A DNA stretch of 64,000 nt from Candidatus Omnitrophota bacterium (GTDB taxonomy: Bacteria > Omnitrophota > Gorgyraeia > Duberdicusellales > 4484-171), in assembly GCA_024231025.1 (NCBI GenBank), contig JAAEQW010000139.1, forward strand, positions 7,851 through 71,850, written 5' to 3'. A program made the translations under genes and the position numbers. The notes under the pieces were generated by a model. That model worked only from the letters and a program-made list of their open reading frames with translations, searched no databases and was not told the DNA's origin. This document shows, in pieces, positions 42,001-57,000 of this stretch. Every line of letters starts with the position of its first letter. Positions within the stretch are counted from its first letter, which is position 1.

Positions 42001-45000
42001 CTCAGCCACAAAGAACTGGCTTAAAACAATCTGCGGCTTCATTGAGCGCTCTTGCGCATTTCTAACTACTTTTCTAAAAAACTTAATTTCCGAAGGAAGA
42101 TCAAGATAAACCTTAACGACTCTGCGCTTTAACTTAGAAAGTAAATCAACTAGCCTCCGATCAAAGGCATGAATTGAATCAATAACCAAAATGTCATTGG
42201 AACCCAATCGCACTTTTTGTCCTGTGCGTCGCTTCTTAAAGCTTGCAAAATCTACCTCGCCAGTCTCAATCAACGCAGTTACATCCGTACAAAACCATTC
42301 CCAATTAAAAGCATCAGGGTGTTCATGGTCTAACAAACCATCCCACCTCTTAGGGTGTTTAAAATAACTATGAAAATATTTATCCCCAATGAAACGCTTT
42401 ATCGTTGGTACCGAAGCACACCATGTTTTTACACACCTACTCTTACCTGCCGCACTAGAACCAACCAACAATACAACCGTTCCTGCTGGTTGCCCTGCAA
42501 TAGCCTTCGTTAACTGACTAATACTAGAAAACCGATGATCATCTCCAAAGGTCTGCCTAGCCAGGCTTGCCTCAAAGCATGCCTTCTTGGCTGTAAGCAG
42601 TTTTGACTGCTTTTTGCTTAATTTACCATCTTTAACCTCAGCTTTAGGGAATTTCCAATGTTCCCTTGAAAAAGCTTCACATGGTGTAATATTAGATTGC
42701 TCAGAATATTTATTGCTTAACTCCTTTATTCTGCTAAACATCTCACTGTAAAGTTCTACCAATAACGCTGAATCCGACGATAAACTTGTTGCGCTCTTGC
42801 GGAAACTTGCAATTCCCTGCAACGCTGCTATCGTAACTGGGTACATTGCTTCAGACAATAGTCTATCCGTACCCTTGCTAAGCTCTTCCTGTGTTCTTTG
42901 CCACTGACCATTCCAAAAATCTATAATCACCGTTTCCTCATAAGGTCGAAACAATATTCGTAACTCTCTTATTCTTTGGGAAATCTCAATCTCTCCTTTT
43001 AATGCTGAATTAGCTAACTGCCCAATAAAAACCATATATCCACTGGCATCGACAAAAGAGGCAATGTTTGGCCGAAGATATTCATGCACAAACAAATCGG
43101 TAACAATACCATCAACCGAACCGCAATTGATCATTTCCGGAAAAGCATAACTACCCTTATCTTTTATATCAATCAGTAAGCGAGCAATTTCACCGATCAA
43201 CTCTTGGGAAGCTGGCACATTAACATATGATTTAATTTGCATAAGCAATAATCGCAGAAGTTGTAAGTACTCCCCATAATCAGGGTGATTACTGTTTGCT
43301 GCCAGGGCACGGTCTGCTAGACGGATCTTTTCACTATCAAAAGTAATCGTTTCAAGCTGATGTGGACCAACCTCTTGATAAGCAAGTATTGGCTCCATCT
43401 CCTGCCAATCTTCAGGGATTTGAGACCAAGAAGATCCGGCAATAAAAGCATCCGCCGGAAATCTACTGCCATCATAAAAAGGCACAAAAGCAAAAGGCAT
43501 TTGAGAATCAAAGGCTTGATGGACTATTTTAGCCGGAATAACAACTCCACCAGTCTTTACCCAATCTTCGATAAACATAACCCCGCTTCCTTTAATCTCC
43601 TGACCAGTCCTGGTATAAGATAAAAGTTTTCGTAATAAAGGTAAGGTTGAATATTCAACCGGATTGTGTGCAAAATAAGCATTAGCTTTTTGTTCTGCGA
43701 TATCGGCAATCCTCCTTGCTTCCTTAATAGCCCTAATAACATTTATTTCTCCGCCTTCAACATCATTGAGGGCATCCTCTATCTTTTTATTCGGTAAATC
43801 TAGTTCTGGATAATTCAAGCATAAATCGTAAACACGATTAAGCCAGGTAAGCACTTCTTCTCTAAGTGTTGCATCAGCTATACCATTTTGCATTCTTCGC
43901 TTAACGGTTTGAATACTACAACCCCCTGTATCTCTAGCAGGAGAGGCAATTAATTGAGTGATTTCAAAGAAACGTCGGTCAATTCTACCATGCTCAACTA
44001 ATAATCTGACCGCTTCTTCTACACTGATACCAACTAAATCAGATAACTCAATGTCTAGCTCCCCTAATTCTTGTAGGCTGACCGATGAAGTAATATCGCC
44101 TGCCATGTCTTCGGTAACCATAATTGCCCGATCTTCTTGAGTAAGAATTTCATTTAATGCCGGAGCAATCGATGTGAATCTACCCAACTTAACATGAGCA
44201 ATATCCTTCTCTTTCGGCAAATACATTCCTAATTTTTCCTCAATCGTTTGCTTCAACTCACTTTCACGTAAAAACTCCAAAGCTTTGATGATTTTACTAT
44301 TTCTGGAAACAACAACTAACTTGTGACTCCTGCGCATTCTCAATAAAGAAATAATATAAAGCGGCAACTCCTGAGGTGTAACATATAATCCCCAGGCGCC
44401 TTTTTTAATAGCCTTATCAAGGGAAAAATCAGGATTTTTCATCTTATCTCTTATAAGATAATCTATGTAGCGAACTATTCTTTCTTGATTAGGAAAGGTG
44501 GATAAAGCTGTCCGACGGAAAGCAACTACTTCTTCTTCGCCTAACTTAAAAACTACCTGCAATCGAGTAAACGCAGCCTTAAGGCGTCTGTCAAGATCTT
44601 CAAATACCCTAACAAGAGGAACCTGCACTCGATCTTTAGCGATGTCTCTACTGTCTTTGGCTTCGGTGTTAACCTCAATCAACTCACCCTTACTATTAAA
44701 TCTCAATGATCTCCCCTCAGGGTCAAGAAAAATACTTTTCTTAAGCAATACTGCTGTCTTTGCCATGCCTAAGCCTTTTACTGAGTAGGCACCCGCAGCA
44801 GTGAGTATTGTTCGATCGTGCCCATTTGGCTGATCGCCAGCAATGAAAATATTCTCTTCCTCAGCTTCAACACCGCGAATTGCAGTTAACTGTTCTTGGA
44901 AATTAATTAATCCTTTTCTTTTAGCAGAACAAGTTATGTCTAAACGCCTAGATCTCGTCATGCGATCTCCTCGATGAACAAGAAAGTCAATAGTTATTCC

Positions 45001-48000
45001 CGGAAAGCCTTGGCTTATCAAACGCTGCCGAATAACATCTCGTAAATATTTAACATAGCTACGATTGTGCTCGCGACTTTCTGGTTTTACTATCCAGCGG
45101 TATGGCTTCTTATGAACTATTTTAAGCTCTAATCTTTTTGTAATCTTCAATAAAGCATTTTTTTCAGAAGCAGAAAATTCACTTCGACCATACAGCTTTC
45201 GCCCGCTGGCAGTAACTCCTTCGTTAGAATTATCCGGATAGATAAACATATTGTCGGCAGCGGCAGAATATGCATCACTTCCCATTATATGCTTCATTGG
45301 TTCAAGAAGAACATGCTTAGCTCCTTCAATCGGCCTAGCTGTATTGAACGATAATAATATTCCATGGTTTGCCAACTCTACCAAAAATCCTAGAATTTCA
45401 TGTGAAGGATAAAGAGTGCCGTCAATATCGCAATGCAAGGCAATTTTAGGTTTTGATAAAGCATCATGGGTATAGTTTATCTTCATAAATTCTTCAGTGA
45501 ACACCTCTATATCTCTAGTAAACAACTCTCCGCAAAAGCGTAAACCGTAAATGTCTATCATTCGTCGAAGCATCGCTTTAAAATCTTCGTGGTCAACATG
45601 TTTAATGCTATGAAGGAAAAATTGAAAAGTGTAAGGTTGATATTTCCGCGCAATGCTCACACAGTCACTACCCAAAAGTTGAATGGTGCTGCCTATATTT
45701 AAAACCGTATCCATCCTAATGCCATCAAAAGAAGTCGAAATATGTCCATTACAAAATTTTACCGTTTTCCGCCAACACGATTGCTCTCTATTGCTAACCT
45801 TCTTGGTAGGATCCAAATTGGCAACATGACGCACGAAAGAAGTAAAGGCATTTCGACCATTATCAGCGACTGTGAGCACCTCCACATCATTGTTAACCGC
45901 TGCCACAACCTTTACCTCCTTGCTCTCGCTCTGGGCATAGTCTGAAACTGCATTTATTATCATTAGCTCTCTTAAAAAAGCTCCCAATTGTTTAGCTGGA
46001 CTCGAATGAAAAAGTTGTCCCTTCTTTTTATTGTAATCTATGCGATGGCCAAGATTATGAGCACCAAAAGGATTATGAGGAGTGAAAATCTGTGCAGCCA
46101 TAAGTCTCAGAAAATCACGAAGTTCTTTGTCTCCTTTCAACTGCGGCGGCTCCGTTCCCATCTTCTCATACCAACCTCTTACTTTATCCAAAGTAAGTGC
46201 GGAATTCCTCCAATCAACTGAAGGCACTATTCCAACTCGACTACGAATTGCACGCCGCCTTCCACCTAACAAAGATGGTATTTTCCACCAATTATCATTA
46301 GATCTAATTAGTTCTTGAGGATCAAGATGCATAGCCGAAGCTACCCTAGTTTTATGATCAGCAGCAAAACACTCTACCTGAGGTCCTTTGTTGTTGTCGC
46401 ATCTTCGAAACACTTTATCACCGATTACACCATATTCACCGAAAAACCTAACTAGGCTAGCCAAATAATACACGATTGAACCAGCCGCCCAACTATCAAT
46501 AAATCTTATCTTAGAATGTGAGAAAATACCCGACTCTTTCAACTCCTCATAAAACTCTACCGCCCTCTTTTGAAAACTAATTTGACTAGTCATTAAAACA
46601 ATAAAATCACGATAGATTGACTCTCTAAATGCATCCTTGTTTTTAGCACGATGATGTTTTCGAATTATCTTCCTTATGTCATGGTATATAAAATCCATCT
46701 TGGCCCTGCTCAAATAATAAATCATTGAATCATTAGGAAAAATATCTAATTGATCCATCAAATACGCGGCAGTAAAATCTCGTCCACAATCTCTTGCCAG
46801 AAATACATTTATTTGGTTAGGATCAACTATCTGCTCAACAACATAAGGCGCCACACCAAACATCCCGATCAATGCCCTAGCTAAATTATCATTAGGATCA
46901 GAAAGCATCTTCACGAAAGAGTTTGCCGTAAGATTTAAAAGAACACTATCTAATTTTCCTAAGGGTTGGGATAAATCAATTTCCTTTGCCAGAGAACCGG
47001 CCTCGCGAACTACCTCACTTATTAACGCTTGTCGATTGCGAAATGAAAAAGACGCTTGCGGATAATAAAATTTGTCTACTCTGGAATCGCTGATTGGACG
47101 AGCATAAAATTCACTTTGAATATCGCTTTTAACGCCATGAAACTCTCGTAATAAACCAGCCTCAAATATTGCTCTCTGAGCTTCAATAGCAGTTAAAGAT
47201 ATTGAATCAATATTTTTATCTATACCTGGGGCAAATTTCAAATGGGCCTTATTTCGTGTTCGACACGGTAAAATATTAAACATCTCGTCATAATTCTGAG
47301 CTAATACCCCTATTGCCCCCATCATCTCGCCATAAGCCACTTTTAATCTCTCCGATTCAGTTGAAGAATCCGCTGCTAAATTACGAAACTCAACGATTGC
47401 TTCAATAGTTTTAATTGTAAACTCGGACATATTAATCTCCGTTAACCTACTAGCTCCTAGATTAATCTCTTTCGTCGTTTTTTGCCACTCATCTCGCCAA
47501 AAATTCACAATCGCCAGTTCTTCTTCGGCTCGGAATGATCCTCTCAACTTAATTAATTCTTGAGAAATCTTAATCTTATCGGTTAACACCAAGTTAACCA
47601 ATTTCTCGATAAAAGCTGTATAGCTAATAACATCTTTAAAGAAAGACACATTGGGTCGTAGATACTCTTTGATAAAACGAGCACTAATAAATCCATCTTT
47701 AATTTTTGCCCCAATTATCATTTGCCCATCATCACAGCTGCCCTCTTCCTTAACATCAATTAAAAAACGAATAATCTCAACCAAAACATCTTGCGCAACC
47801 ATCACATCAACTAAAGAGTTAATCTGCAATAAAACACTATAAATAAGCTCTAAATACTTATAGTAATCAAAGTAATTATCTAGGGCAACAACGTTCTTTG
47901 CGAGATATTTTTCTTGATTTTCGATGGTAATTTCCTCTAACTGATCTTTTTCAACTTCACGATAGGCAATAATTGGTTCCCAATCCTGCCAATCTTCTGG

Positions 48001-51000
48001 CAATCGCACTTCAGGAGCCGCCCGAAGGAAAACATTAGCAGGAAATCTGCTGCCATCATAGAAAGTTGCGAAAACAAATGGTATTGATGAATTGAAAGCT
48101 TGAGCAACCAATTTAGCGAAAGTGAAAACTCTTCCTTTGACTACGGAATCCTCTAAAAACATAACCCCATCTCTTTTTATCTTCTGCCCGGTTTGAGTAT
48201 AACCTAATAACTTCTGCAGCAAAGGTAAAGCCGAATACTTAACGGGATTATAGGCAAAAAATCTATTACCTGCCCTAGCAAGAACCTTGGCAATGTGGTT
48301 GGCTGAATGCAGTAAATCTTTAATATCCGAATCTCGTGCTTTAACGCGCTCTAAAACGCTGTCGATATCCCGAACATCTAACTCTAATTCTTGATACTGC
48401 AAAGCTAAAGTCCTAACTTCGTCGCACCAAACTTCCAATGCCGTTCGAACGTTCTCTGCCGACTCATCGCTCTTAAACATTGCCATAATTCTATCAATTC
48501 CAGATTGATCGTTGCCTTTTGTTGACTGTCCGATCAATCGGAAAATTTTAACAAAACGTTGATCAATCTGACCACGATCAACCAATAGCCTAATCGCTTC
48601 TTCTACACTAGTACCAACCAAATCAGATAACTCAATGCCTAACTCTTCTAATTCTTGCAGGCTGACCGATGAAGTAATATCGCCTGCCATGTCTTCAGTA
48701 ACCATAATTGCCCGATCTCCTTGAGTAAGAATTCCATTCATCGCTATGGCAATTGATCTAAGGCGGTCAATCCTAATATGAGGAATATCGCTCGCTTGGG
48801 GTAATGTCACCCCGAGTTGCTCCTGAATCATTCTACCAGCATCGCTACAACGCAAAGCGCCCAAAGCTTCAATAATCTTACTATTGCGAGAAACAACAAC
48901 TATTTTATGGTTACGATACGACCTTAATGCAGCAAGCATATAGGCTACAACTTTCCCTGGCGCAATATATAATCTTTTTTTGCTATCCTTCACCGCTTGT
49001 GCAAAAGACCTGTCACTATCTTTCACTTGGCTATCAATCAAGTAATCAATATAACGAATTGCCCTCTCCTGATTAGGAAAAGTAGACAGAACTTTTTCAC
49101 GAAAGGCGGTTAACTCTTTTTTAGTTAATCCGAAGACTAGGCGTAATTTAGTGAAGCTGTCGTCAATGCGCTCTGGGGTTACTTTAAAAACTCTTAAAGA
49201 AGTACGCGCAAAATATTTAGTTTCAATACTCTGATTCTCATCGTGAGTTTGGCCATTTAACTCATGAACAAGCACCGCATTAAGATTATACCTGGAATCG
49301 GTGAAAACCGGCTGTTCAATATATAGGGTATTATTGGGTTGGTCATAATAGGCAGCAAAAGTAATTTGTTTACTCGTAATAACTATTACTTTAGGCGGAC
49401 CGCGCGTTGGATCAACTCTGCCTTCTCTTTCTAGAAAGCTTATTGCCTTTTCCCGTGCCGGATTAATTAACATATTTTCTTCTGCGGTTGGTGTGCGAAA
49501 TTCTACACTTCCGGTACGGTATTTATCCAACTGCGTTTGGGTTTGAGCCAAGGTATAGCCATTGTATCCTGCATCTACACCCTTTGGACCATCATCCGCC
49601 TCATCCGCTTTCTCGCACAATTGCTTAAGGAATGAGCTTCTATTTTTCAAGAAAAGATCTCTAAAGGAATCGATACCGTAAGAGTCAATCAATTTTAAAA
49701 AGGCAACTCTTAATTGCTTACCGCTGTATCCATGTGTTGGATCAACGCCAGCGCCACCCAATTGAATTATATGCTGATAAAGACGGCTATCAAAGCATTG
49801 TAAAACAGCATCAGTTATTTTTTCAAATTCATCTTTGTTATTTCTTGCAATTACAACATCTTCAGTCGCACAATTCACAGTTTCTAATTCAATATCGCCA
49901 TCAACCACCAAGATCTCTCCGTCATCTTCGCTAACAACAAAGCTCGCTAATGACCCCGGGTAACGATTCGGGTACATATCCGATCCTAGCACAACAACCG
50001 AACCCTGCCTTGCTTGCTTATCAACAGAATCATTGTATCCTGCCTCAAGGCTACTACTTAAATCAATTATTTTAGCGTCAATAATTCTTGCTAATTCATC
50101 AGCAATCGCTAACTTTGCATTTTGTGAAGAACCGTAAATAGACACTATGATTCCTGTATCTAAAATGTTTTCTATGGCAGCAACTCCCAAGTGACTCATG
50201 CTTTCAATCGATAATCTCTTGTCTAGGGCATACGCTAATCTCGATGCCACTCCCAAAGCTTGCCGTTTCTTTTGCTTGTGCATTCTGTTAATGATATTCT
50301 CCAGCAATGGTCTTGCTTTCTCGTTCAAAGAAAGTAATTCTGACCCACTACTCGTTTCCATCCAGTAATCTGCATCAACTTTAAGGGGCTTAATAAATTC
50401 TGAGCCATGATATTCAATCATTGGATATTCATCAACAGCAATCCAAGCTTCCATATTGCGCTGGTGAGGATTTCTAACTATTCTCCTCAATAGCTCAACC
50501 ACCACAGGAGCCTCAAAATAAATTTTAACAACGTTGCAGTGCAAATCAGAAGCTATTCGATCCATTCGTTTATCAAAAGAATGAAGCGAATCAACAACTA
50601 AAATATTACCTGGATTAAATTGCACTGTGTATCCACTGCAACGTTTCCCAAATTCTGCGGTATCTACTCTTCCATTTTGAATAAGCGAAGCAATATCTTC
50701 TCCAAGCCATCTCCAACTGAATGCATCAGGATGTGCATGATTAAGTAAGCCATCTGGTCTCCTGGCAGAAGGTAAAACATATCTATCTCCTGGAAAACGT
50801 ACTGCATTGAGCAAAGAATGATTTTGCCCTATCCATCTACTTTTACCCGCAGCATTGCAACCGCAAAGTAATACTATGGTACCAGCAGGTTGCCTTATGA
50901 CCACTTCGTTCAACTGCCCAACGGTAACTTTTCTCGGACCAAGATTAACTCTTGATTTAAGGGCTTTCTTGATCGGTGAAACTGCCAAATCATAAGGGAC

Positions 51001-54000
51001 CTTAACATTACGTTTGCGCTTTTTGCCTATTCCCGGTGTTAACTTGTTAAGCGTATATCTGTGGAAATCACTACCGCCAGAAACCATCAGCCCATGTCTC
51101 TGCGCGAAACCTGACCAGTATTCATTGCTTTCTGCATTATGCTCAGAATGAAATGCTTCAATACCATCTAATCCGGCAGGAATCAATTTATCAATAATTG
51201 TCTTCCCCCACATCATCTTACTTAAACGCAATATCTCACGTTCCTCCAAACCCTGTCTGTGCCTTCTCTGAGAAATAAATCCTTTTTCCACCGCCCATTT
51301 CCAAACAAAATGCTTATCCGCCGGATGAGCAAAGAAAGCAAGACCTCCATATTTCTTAATCATTCTTATAACATCTACCGCAGGCCTAAATCCTTGCTTT
51401 GACTCTATCTCCTCTCTAATCCTAACCAACTCTTCTTGGAACTTCTGGTTTTGCCAATCAATACCATAACCTAAGATATGCGTTTCCCCACCATTGAGTT
51501 CTGCATGAAGCTCAACACCAGGGATAATTTCAACACCACATTCTTCGCCAACAACAATTGCCTCTTCAATAGAATCAACACTATTATGGTCAGTAATTGC
51601 GATTGCTTCTAACCCTAAATATAAAGCTGCCCTCACAAGATCTGTTGCGCTAAATCTACCATCGCTTGCAGGAGTATGGAGATGAAGATCAACACATCCT
51701 TTTCTTGCATTTCTATCTTTAGGTATCCTTATTTTCATCTTTCGTAATACATCAAAGGAACCTAATTTTCGATATAAAGCTGCTGCTTCTTGCTTCTGCG
51801 CATACGCTCCTGGAGCAAATTCAACAACAAACAAACGCACAAGATCAAACTTAGGATCATCTAAGGTTTCTCGTTTAATATACATTCTATTTATAAACTG
51901 ATCGTAACAAACAGCAAAAACAACTGTTTCATTCTCAATAATTATTGCTTCTGCCGGTCTGACATCTTGAGAAATTAAATCTACACCCCTTAGAAACGTT
52001 AAGGCTAAATCTTGAGCCAAATCAATCAATCTGCCTTCTCCAGCAGTAGGCTCCCGTAATTTTATTCCATCCTTGAAAAATAGCGCACGCGAAAACTCGT
52101 CTGTATCTTTACACCCAACCTTCTCAATGTGGCCTAAAGAAACTGCGGAGTTAGAGAAGTCTGTTGCTGCCTTTTGCATAAAAGGAATCGGACCAAAGAC
52201 AAGTTGAAACTGCCTGCTATTGTTGGTAGTGCTACATCCCGCATGCAAACTTTCATAAGTAACAACCCCGTTAGTTTGACAGGTCAAATCAACAAAAGCA
52301 TAGGCATCTTTGCGCTCAAAATACTGCCCCTCACCTTGAGATGAAATAACTGAAGAGTGGTAATCCTCCATTGGTTTATTCATTGGAATAACATGCCACT
52401 CAGATGGCAGCTCAATGCCATCGCTATTTAAACTCACCAAAGATAATGCTTTCATTACTTTAACTTTTAATTCTTCAAATTTCTGATATCCAAAAACAAC
52501 TTCCTCTATCGCTCTATCGGCTGTGCTTTGATTATAAACATCGTACTCTTCTCTAGTAAAAGCAAACCGCCCCAACAACTCGTGCGCCCCAACACTTCTG
52601 CCATTAAAAACGTCAGCTGTTTCTTTCTCTCGTGGAAATACAAAAATTTTATCTTGATAGCCACAAACATTAAAAGGAATATTATCATCCTGCAAAACAT
52701 CTACTATTCTATAAAGAATAGCCGCTTTAAGGTTGGGGTTATCTCCACTTATAACAAAGCCGTTAAGACCAGAAAGGCAAAATAAATCAACCTGACTAAA
52801 ATCATTTTTTGTTTCTCGACCGCTATTAGCACCTAGCTTTAACCCAAAAATAATTGCATTATTTCTATTAACTTTATCGACAAGACTTGACAATAATGGC
52901 CTTCTAAGTTTAATTGACTCTACCTTTTTCTTTGGTTTACGACTTCTAGAGCCAATACCAAAAATATGAGATCCGACATGCCTTGTATTTTTGAACCTCA
53001 TTCTATGACGCGTTGCAATAGCAAAACCGATTTTCTTCTTCCACAACCTCTCCCATCCAGTTTGCACTTTAGCATCAAAATCATAACTAGCCCAATTATT
53101 CGCCCCATGTTTCAAAGACCCGATCAACCGGAAAAATCTTTCTGCTCTATCAATCTCATTTTTTTCAACCGCACTAATAGCAGACTGATACAGTACAGGA
53201 AAACTTGTCGCTTCTATTAAACTAGCTTCAAATGCTGCCTTCTCTGTATGGATTTGGCTAAGTTGCTCATCCGTTAAATTATGATTAGTGCCCGGTTCAA
53301 ATTTTAAATAATCGTTTCTAGGACATCGACCTTGCCAGCTACCAAATTGTTGACTATACGTTTCCACCAACTCGCCCATACGACCTCGCATCTTCTGATA
53401 AAGCATGCCTGGATTCTGCGATTGCTCAAAGGAAACTCTCGCTTGTTGACGAAAATCAGCAATCGCCTGTAGCGTCGCGGTTGTAGCCGGCAACATCTTC
53501 TCAGATGTTAATCGCGCCGCGCCTTTTTCAAACTCCTCAATTGATTTATGCCATTCTTTTCTCCAAAAACGAATAATTTGTATCTCCTCATAGGCACGGA
53601 AGGTATTTCTTAATTCAATTAACCGCTGTGGAACTTCTATCTTCCCTTTTATTACTAACTTAGCTAATTTCACAATACATTTCACATACTTAAGTGAGTA
53701 ACGGGGATAAATTATATTCGGGCGAAGATATTCGCTTATAAACCTATCAGTAACCAAACCCTCAGGAATCTCTCTATTAACCATTGTCGTATCATACTCA
53801 AAATGTCCCCTTTGCTTTATGTCGATTAAAAATCGGGTAATTTCGCCGACTAATTGCTCAGAAAGATAAGCGCTGACTCCTCCCTTCACCTGATCAAACA
53901 GATTCCCTAAAAGCTCAATATATTCCCTGTATTCATCATCTTCACTATCAACGGTAATTTGTTTTTCTAAGCGCTTCTCCTCGCTATCGAAAGTTAACTC

Positions 54001-57000
54001 CCTTAAATCATAGCCTTCCCTTTCCGTAACTTCCTGATAGGCAATAATCGGTTCTAAATCCTGCCAATCTTCCGGTGGCCGCACGCGATTGCCTCCTTCA
54101 ATAAAAACATCAGCAGGAAAACGGCTATAGTCATAAAAAACTGCAAAGGCAACCGGTCCCGGCGAATTAAATGCCTGAGCAACTAGTTTGGCCGAAGCAT
54201 AAAGCCCACCGGTCCTTACCCAATCGTCGATAAACATAATTCCGCTTTCTCTAATGTATTGATAAGTCTTAGTATAACTTAGTAATTTTTGTATCAAAGG
54301 CATTGTCGAATATTCAATGACATTGCGGGAACAGTAAGTCTGACCTTGTCTGGTCACAATTTTCGCAATTGGACGAAGCAAGTTAAAAGAATCTTTAAGC
54401 CGTTCTACATTCGAAAAGCTAATCTCTTTATTAATTTCACCCACTCCCCGAATAGTTTCCTCTATATCTTGCTCAGCTAAATTTAATCCCGGATAACTAG
54501 TGGCTAAACTATGTACTCGCTCTAACCAAGCGCTCATCGCCTCTTTGGCTGCTTCTATTTTCTTTGTTCTTTTTTTCCTACTGCCCTTAGCGTGGACAGC
54601 ATCGTTTTTAAATCGATCAACGGTTTCAATACTGCTTCCACTGGAATCTCTACCTACAGTAGCAATCAAACATGTAAGCTCAATTAACCATTCCGGCATT
54701 GTACCCCGCGCGTCTAAAATATTAATTGCCTCTTCTAAGTTAAGACCAACTAGTTCTTGTGCGTTTATTGCTAATTTTTGCACACTTACTGCAGACATAA
54801 TATCTCCTACCATCTCTGCGGTAACCTCCTGCTTTCTTTCCTCCTCAGAAAGAATCCCATTTAAAGCCACAGCCAAAGGCAAAAATCTAGCTAATCGAAC
54901 GTGAGCAATATCTTTCCTTTTGGGCAATTTTACTCCAAGCTGATCCTCAAACATCTTTCCGGCTGCACTATTACGCAATGTCTCAATAATCTCAATTAAA
55001 GCTGTATTTCTTGAACAAATAACTAACTTTTGTTTGTTGTATGTCCTCAATAAAGAAATAAGATAAAGTGGCAATTCCTGATGCGCAATATAACTATTTT
55101 CAAAACCCCCATTTACTTCCTGCTCAAAAGGGCTTTCAGGTTTCTTGCGATGACGAAATAGTAAATAATCTAAATAGCGAATCAACCTTTCCCTGTTGGG
55201 GAAGTTGATCAAAGCCATATCACGAAAGGCAGAAAATTCTTCTTTGCCTACCGTAAAAGCATCTTGCACTCTTATAAAGGCCGCATTAAGAACATTTTCA
55301 CTAGCATCAAAAACCCTAGTTAAAGCCGGATCAGGATTAACATAGCACCCCTTGACCTTGGCCCCAATTTCATACTGTGCCTGGGCAACTTTATTCTCTT
55401 CAAGAGTGCCACCATTTAGTTCACGCACGAATACAGCGGCAAGGCCATGCTCTGGCTTATCAAAGAATGGCCGTTCTACATACAAAATATTACTAGCCTG
55501 ATCGTAACAAACAGCAGAAGCAACTTGCCTAGTCTCAATAATCACAATTTCCGGTAATTCATCAATCAACATCTTCCCTGGCAAAACTTGACGGCTTCTC
55601 TGCATGAACCTTAAAGCAAAGCCCCATTCCCGAGAAATTACTTTATTTTCGCTTTCACTAGCCGGACGAAATTCCACGATAAATCCGCGCAATAAATTTT
55701 GAAAGGCAGAATAACCGTAAAAATCAAATGTGTAATTAATATTAGTTACAAATTCACCCCACTCTCTAGATGTTGCCAAACCGAACTCATCACCTAACAT
55801 GTTTCTTAAACGAGCGTAAACTCCACTGCCTAAATATGCTAAAGCATCATTCCCCGGCCCAAAGACAGCTTCCCATGGCATAAATTGATCGCTCTCCATC
55901 TTACCTTTAGGCTCACCAGAAATAAGCCGCACACCTTCGTAATCTTCAACAGGAACTTCCACTAATTGACCATCTCGATTAAACCTTAAAACTTTACCCG
56001 CAGGATTAATAAAGGTAGTTTTACGGAATAAGGCTATCGTCTTGGCTGGACCAACACCTTCAACAGAATAGCCACCACGAATTGAAATTATTGGGCCATC
56101 ACTTCCTTGGGGATCATCGCCAGCAGTGAAAACATCTTCGTCATTGATACTGCGATGGTGATAACCGCTCAATCTTTGTTTAAAATCATTTAAGCCATCA
56201 CCCTTATCATTGCAAGCAACTTCAAGATATACTGTATCTTCTTGGTTATTACGGATTAAATTAACTCTCAATCTATCAAACCCTTCTTGATTCAATCGCG
56301 CATTCACTTCTGTTACTAATCGCAAAAGAGGCGCTTTATCTGCTTTTCTGCTCTTTTCGGCAACTTTTGCCAAAGCTCTATTGCCAGGACCAAGAATAAA
56401 CATACTAGGGAGGTTGCCTTCTCGAGCAAGATTTTTCAAAAATCGTGTTTCTTCCTCTGAAAATTTATCCTTAGGATAAATCCGCTCACCGGTAGCCAGA
56501 TAACCACTATTAGAACAATCCGTGTAAAAAAACATGCCCGGTGCTTGGCCATCATTAATCCTTTCTGCATCAGCCTTGCGTAATCTCTCAACCATTGCTA
56601 ATTCCTGCACCATCTTACATTCGTTAAAACTACGACCAGTATTAAAAGACACGCTTATGCCCTGATTAATTAACTGTTTTAAAAAGTTCTCTATTATCAG
56701 TGATGAATCGCAAGTTCCATCAATATCAAGCATCACCCCTCGTTTAGGATATTGTAGATCTTGATACAATTGTGTAATATTATTTGCCTCGCTAAAGAAT
56801 CTAGCAAACATTGGTCTCAATAGCGTAATGCCATAAACTTTGGTCATACGCAAGAAATTGGCTCTTAATTTATTCCAATCATACCTACTACCCAAACTAC
56901 CTTCAAAAATCGCCTTTTTCTCCATAAGCTCATCAACTCTATTTGGACTTAAACTATGATCACTACCAACTTCAAACTTTAAATAAAGTTTAGAAGGAGC

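Noticed and set aside
43317-43742. The minus-strand small ORFs from the track (43317-43511 and 43557-43742, also 464-655, 2040-2240, 10359-10568 and 52506-52700).
   Set aside because: All are in a different minus-strand frame (codon-top coordinate mod 3 is 1 or 2) and are nested inside the giant ORF. They are overlapping-frame artefacts.
39440-50210. The dispersed near-identical DNA repeats considered as IS elements or MITEs.
   Set aside because: They are in frame and encode conserved protein-domain segments. They lack terminal inverted repeats and transposase ORFs, and they sit at equivalent positions of paralogous modules. They are intragenic duplications and gene conversion tracts.
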